Part shown: positions 60,869-64,000 of the stretch, one piece after another
How the letters are laid out: every line of letters begins with the position of its first letter
How positions within the stretch are numbered: position 1 is the first letter of the stretch
Translations under genes and position numbers: made by a program
From: Microbacterium sp.
GTDB taxonomy: Bacteria > Actinomycetota > Actinomycetes > Actinomycetales > Microbacteriaceae
NCBI RefSeq assembly: GCF_047607225.1
Contig: NZ_JASGDO010000067.1
Location: 3,238-67,237, forward strand
Reading direction: 5' to 3'
Length of the DNA: 64,000 nt
The notes under the pieces: model-generated
Told to the model about the DNA's origin: nothing
Seen by the model: only the letters and a program-made list of their open reading frames with translations
Database searches by the model: none

Positions 60869-60976
60869 CGTCACGGGAGACAACTTCCGCTTCATTCGTC
60901 ACACCAGCCCCACGGGTCTGGTACGGTGACGCTGCGCTCAGGCGTGCGCCCCGAGACCCCCCGAAGGGAGCGAGCA

Positions 60977-63055
60977 ATGCCCCGTGCCCTCCGTCGTCGT
61001 GCCCTGACGCTCTCGCTGGCGCTGCTCGCGGCATCGAGCGTGGTGCTCGGTGTCGTTCCCGCGCAGGCCCTTTCCGGCGTCGCCGTGACCACGATCGCAT
61101 CGAACAACGTCGCGACCGCCTCCACGCCTACCCCTCGGCCCACAACGACCTCCTCGCCGTCGCCCACTCCCTCGCCGACGCCGAGCCCCAAGCCGTTCGC
61201 CGCGGTCGGGGAGCCGACGCTGTCGGGCACGGCCACGGTGGGACGCACCCTCCGTGTCGCGCCGGGGACATGGAAGCCCACGCCCAGCGTCTTCAGTTAT
61301 CAGTGGCTGCGATCCGGCAAGGCCATTTCCGGAGCCACCGCTTCGACCTACACGCTCACCGCCGCCGATGCAGACGCGACCGTCTCCGCCAAGGTCACTG
61401 CCACGCGAGACGGCTACGTCACGGCGTCGGCCACGACGGAGGGCAAGAAGGTCGGCCGCGCCTTCACGGATGCGCCCGTTCCCACCATCTCGGGGACGGT
61501 CGCCGTCGGCAAGAAGCTCACGGCGAGCCACGCGGCATGGGCGCCGGCACCCGTCACCCTCTCCTACCGCTGGTATCGAGGGTCGAGCGTCATCTCCGGA
61601 GCCGACGGCAAGACCTATACCCTCGTCGCGGCGGACGCCGGCAAGAAGGTGTCGGTACGGGTCACCGCGACCAAGAGCGGCTACACGACGGTGACCACGG
61701 CCTCCGACGCCGTCAGCGTGCCCAAGGTCCTGACGGTCCCGTCCACTGTTTCCTTCAGCGGCACACCGACGGTCGGTTCCGTGCTCACTGCCAAGCCCGG
61801 GACGTGGGGGCCGTCGCCGGTCACCTTCCGCTACGAGTGGCTCCGCGGCGGCAAGACGATCAGTGGTGCCACCAAGAAGACGTACACGCTCGTGTCGGCG
61901 GACGCCGGCCACGAGATCTCCGTGCGGATCACCGGTTCCAAGTCCGGGTACACCACTGTCACCCGCACCAGCGGCACGGTAGACGCCAAGTGGGGCTTCA
62001 CCGCCTCGCCCTCTCCCAAGGTCACGGGAACCGTCGCCGCGGGCCGGCAACTGCGTGCCGATGTCGGGACGTGGAAGCCGGCGCCGACCTTGAGCTATCA
62101 GTGGCGCGTCGACGGTTCCGACGTCGCCGGCGCGACCTCCTCCACCTGGACCGTCCCCGAGTGGGCGGCGGGTCGGCTGGTGACCGTCGAGGTGACGGCG
62201 AAGAAGAGCGGCTACCTCACCGTGACCCGTCAATCCGCCAAGCGGTCCGCGTCGTGGTCGCTCGGCGACGTGCTGCGACCGGGAACGGCCATGCGCACCG
62301 GCACCTATCTCGCTTCACCCAACGGCACGTACCGCCTCACCGTGCAGGGGGATGGGAACGTGGTCCTCACGAAGAACGGCACACCGCTTCGGTCGACGAA
62401 GACGACGGGGACGATCGACCCGATTCTCGTCCTGCGCGAAGACGGGCTGCTGGCGGTCTACTCGTCGTCGGACCGGCCGGCGTGGCAGTCGGGCACCACG
62501 GGGTACGCCGTGAGCGCGCTGACCCTCGACAACAGCGGGAATCTGCGCTTGGTCGAAGTCGACGGTCTGTGGACCTGGGACCACAAGAAGCTCCCGGTCT
62601 ACTCCGACGCGACCGCCGCCACCGGCAGCACTCCCGGCCGATACGGCTGGGCCTATCCGATCCGTCCGTCCGCGACCATGACGACGTACTCGGGCCACAG
62701 CGGCGACGACTTTCCCGAGCCGACCGGCACCCCCGTCTACGCGATGCGCGGGGGCAAGGCGAAGGTGGAAGAAGTGTGGATCACGTCGGGCTGTCCCTCA
62801 TGGGCACCCAACAACACCCGCCAGAAGCAGGTGCGTATCACCTCGGTGATCGATGGGACCGAGTTCGAGCTCAACTACGCGCACCTGAGCAAGTTCTCGG
62901 TCAAGAACGGCCAGACGGTCAAAGCGGGACAGAAGATCGGTGAGGTCGGTTCCACGGGCTGTTCCACGGGGCCGCATCTCCACCTCGGCGTCAAGGTCGA
63001 TGGCGTCGCGAAGATCCTCTACCCGCGCGACCTCTTGGGCACGGCCTCGTACTGA
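60977..63055 (+). CDS. Secreted multidomain protein: signal peptide, PT-linker, 4 x 89-aa Ig-like repeats, bulb-type (MMBL) lectin domain, M23 metallopeptidase
   Basis: Signal peptide LTLSLALLAASSVVLGVVPAQA; TPTPRPTTTSSPSPTPSPTPSPKP linker. Four repeats carry ..G.W.P.P...SYQW.R.G..ISGAT..TYTL...D.G..VSV.VTA.K.GY. Lectin motif QGDGNVVL plus two degenerate copies (REDGLLAVY, DNSGNLRLV). M23 motifs HSGDD and HLH with YAHLS. SD GAAGGGAG upstream of ATG 60977. Confidence 0.85.
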   Translation: MPRALRRRALTLSLALLAASSVVLGVVPAQALSGVAVTTIASNNVATASTPTPRPTTTSSPSPTPSPTPSPKPFAAVGEPTLSGTATVGRTLRVAPGTWKPTPSVFSYQWLRSGKAISGATASTYTLTAADADATVSAKVTATRDGYVTASATTEGKKVGRAFTDAPVPTISGTVAVGKKLTASHAAWAPAPVTLSYRWYRGSSVISGADGKTYTLVAADAGKKVSVRVTATKSGYTTVTTASDAVSVPKVLTVPSTVSFSGTPTVGSVLTAKPGTWGPSPVTFRYEWLRGGKTISGATKKTYTLVSADAGHEISVRITGSKSGYTTVTRTSGTVDAKWGFTASPSPKVTGTVAAGRQLRADVGTWKPAPTLSYQWRVDGSDVAGATSSTWTVPEWAAGRLVTVEVTAKKSGYLTVTRQSAKRSASWSLGDVLRPGTAMRTGTYLASPNGTYRLTVQGDGNVVLTKNGTPLRSTKTTGTIDPILVLREDGLLAVYSSSDRPAWQSGTTGYAVSALTLDNSGNLRLVEVDGLWTWDHKKLPVYSDATAATGSTPGRYGWAYPIRPSATMTTYSGHSGDDFPEPTGTPVYAMRGGKAKVEEVWITSGCPSWAPNNTRQKQVRITSVIDGTEFELNYAHLSKFSVKNGQTVKAGQKIGEVGSTGCSTGPHLHLGVKVDGVAKILYPRDLLGTASY
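61214..62254 (+). repeat. Four tandem coding repeats, period 267 nt (89 aa) for units 1-3
   Basis: Units start at 61214, 61481, 61748 and 62015. Shared motif SYQW/SYRW/RYEW + R.G..ISGA....TYTL...DAG..VSV.VT..KSGY. Confidence 0.85.
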
Positions 63056-63110
63056 GCGACGCCGCGAGGTGGATCGGGGCCTGCCACGCGCGGGGATCAC
63101 CTCTCCGACG

Positions 63111-63155
63111 CCGAAAAGACGATGCCGTGGTCACCCCGAAGGGCGCCACGGCATC
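63111..63155 (-). terminator. Intrinsic terminator of fbaA (10-bp perfect stem + U-tract); the hairpin may also serve the convergent M23 gene
   Basis: GATGCCGTGG (63121..63130) pairs with CCACGGCATC (63146..63155). On the minus strand the hairpin is followed by GTCTTTTCGG. Confidence 0.7.
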
Positions 63156-63167
63156 GGCGTGAGGGGA

Positions 63168-64000
63168 TCAGGACGTGGACTTGCCGTACGATCCGAGCTG
63201 CTGAGTCGCCTCGACGACACGGGCGGCCATGGCGGACTCGGCGATCTTGCCCCAGGCCCGCGGGTCGTACGCCTTCTTGTTGCCCACTTCGCCGTCGACC
63301 TTGAGGACGCCGTCGTAGTTCTGGAACATGAAGCCGGCCACCGAGCGGGTGAAGGCGTACTGCGTGTCAGTGTCGATGTTCATCTTGACCACGCCGTTGG
63401 CCACCGCGAGGGCGATCTCTTCATCCGTCGAACCGCTGCCACCGTGGAACACCAGGTCGAGGGGCTTCGGGCCGGTGCCGAACTTCTCGGCGATTCCTGC
63501 CTGGATCTCGCCGAGGAGTTCGGGGCGGAGCTTCACGTTGCCCGGCTTGTAGACGCCGTGGACGTTGCCGAAGGTCAACGCGGCGATCCAGCGCCCCTGG
63601 TCGCCCAGCCCGAGGGCCTCGACGGCCTTGGCGACATCGGCGGTGGTCGTGTACAGGGCTTCGTTGGAACCCTCGTGCTTGACGCCGTCCTCCTCGCCGC
63701 CGACGACGCCGATCTCGACCTCGAGGATGGCGTTGATCGCCTTGATCCGGGGGAGCAGTTCCTTCGCGATCTCGATGTTCTCATCGAGCGGCACGGCCGA
63801 TCCGTCCCACATGTGCGACTGGAAGATCGGCTGGCCGCCGTCGGCTACGACCTTCTCCGACTCGGCGATCAGCGGGAGGACGAAGTCATCGAGCGCGGGC
63901 TTCGGGCAGTGGTCGGTGTGGAGGGCGACCGTGATCGGGTAGCTCTTGGCGACTTCGTGCACGTAGGCGGCGAAGGCGAGTGCCCCCGTGGCGCGGGCCT
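63168..64000 (-). CDS. fbaA: Class II fructose-bisphosphate aldolase (5' end beyond window edge)
   Basis: VALHTDHCPK, FQSHMWDGS, FGNVHGVYKPGNV, VFHGGSGS. The frame stays open upstream of the listed ATG 63962 to the window end. Confidence 0.94.
   Translation of the reverse strand, partial: ARATGALAFAAYVHEVAKSYPITVALHTDHCPKPALDDFVLPLIAESEKVVADGGQPIFQSHMWDGSAVPLDENIEIAKELLPRIKAINAILEVEIGVVGGEEDGVKHEGSNEALYTTTADVAKAVEALGLGDQGRWIAALTFGNVHGVYKPGNVKLRPELLGEIQAGIAEKFGTGPKPLDLVFHGGSGSTDEEIALAVANGVVKMNIDTDTQYAFTRSVAGFMFQNYDGVLKVDGEVGNKKAYDPRAWGKIAESAMAARVVEATQQLGSYGKSTS

Noticed and set aside
60869-60976. c-di-AMP (ydaO-type) riboswitch upstream of the M23 cell-wall hydrolase gene
   Set aside because: The spacer is only ~108 nt, and I could not find the conserved ydaO core segments or its pseudo-twofold architecture. 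It probably holds just a promoter plus the SD GAAGGGAG. An Infernal scan would settle this.

Overview
Very GC-rich actinobacterial chromosome segment. Gene content and order resemble Microbacteriaceae/Microbacterium, but that is only an inference. I call 59 protein-coding genes and 1 tRNA, and I saw no rRNA, CRISPR array, transposase or integrase. The backbone is the conserved actinobacterial housekeeping block: glmU-prs, ctc-pth, mfd, mazG, eno-ftsB-DUF501, greA, uppS, xseAB, ispH and fba. It is interleaved with central-carbon genes (gnd, gntK, gdhA, ppc, fumC, beta- and gamma-type carbonic anhydrases, ndh, ilvA). Also present are two OmpR-type two-component systems, a MacB/FtsX ABC exporter, a P-type cation ATPase, an ApbE flavinylation module, LemA-HtpX and PIN-PhoH. 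Most other long ORFs in the six-frame track lie antisense or out of frame to these genes and have Arg/Gly/Pro/Ser-rich translations typical of GC-driven artefacts. Five items look most worth follow-up. (1) A 73-nt tRNA right after ndh carries a UAA (TTA-decoding, nominally Leu) anticodon but has a class-I cloverleaf with no long variable arm. The only in-frame TTA codon I could find in any called CDS of the window sits in the orphan gene immediately downstream. (2) The convergent orphan gene pair 38375..39942 next to that tRNA, with three phased 10-bp repeats at one start. (3) A secreted protein with signal peptide, 4 x 89-aa repeats, a bulb-type (MMBL) lectin and an M23 peptidase. It looks like a lectin-targeted bacteriolysin and shares its repeat family with a BspA-type LRR surface protein 57 kb away. 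(4) A three-gene ApbE, FMN_bind lipoprotein and RnfD/NqrB-like-FNR fusion module, a putative trans-membrane electron conduit. (5) An AlaX-like tRNA-editing-domain gene tucked 4 nt behind a two-component system. A pervasive leaderless promoter geometry (-10 hexamer, 6-7 nt, start codon) is visible at about 15 genes and helped fix start codons. All functional calls come from motif recognition by eye in the supplied translations; no database search was run.
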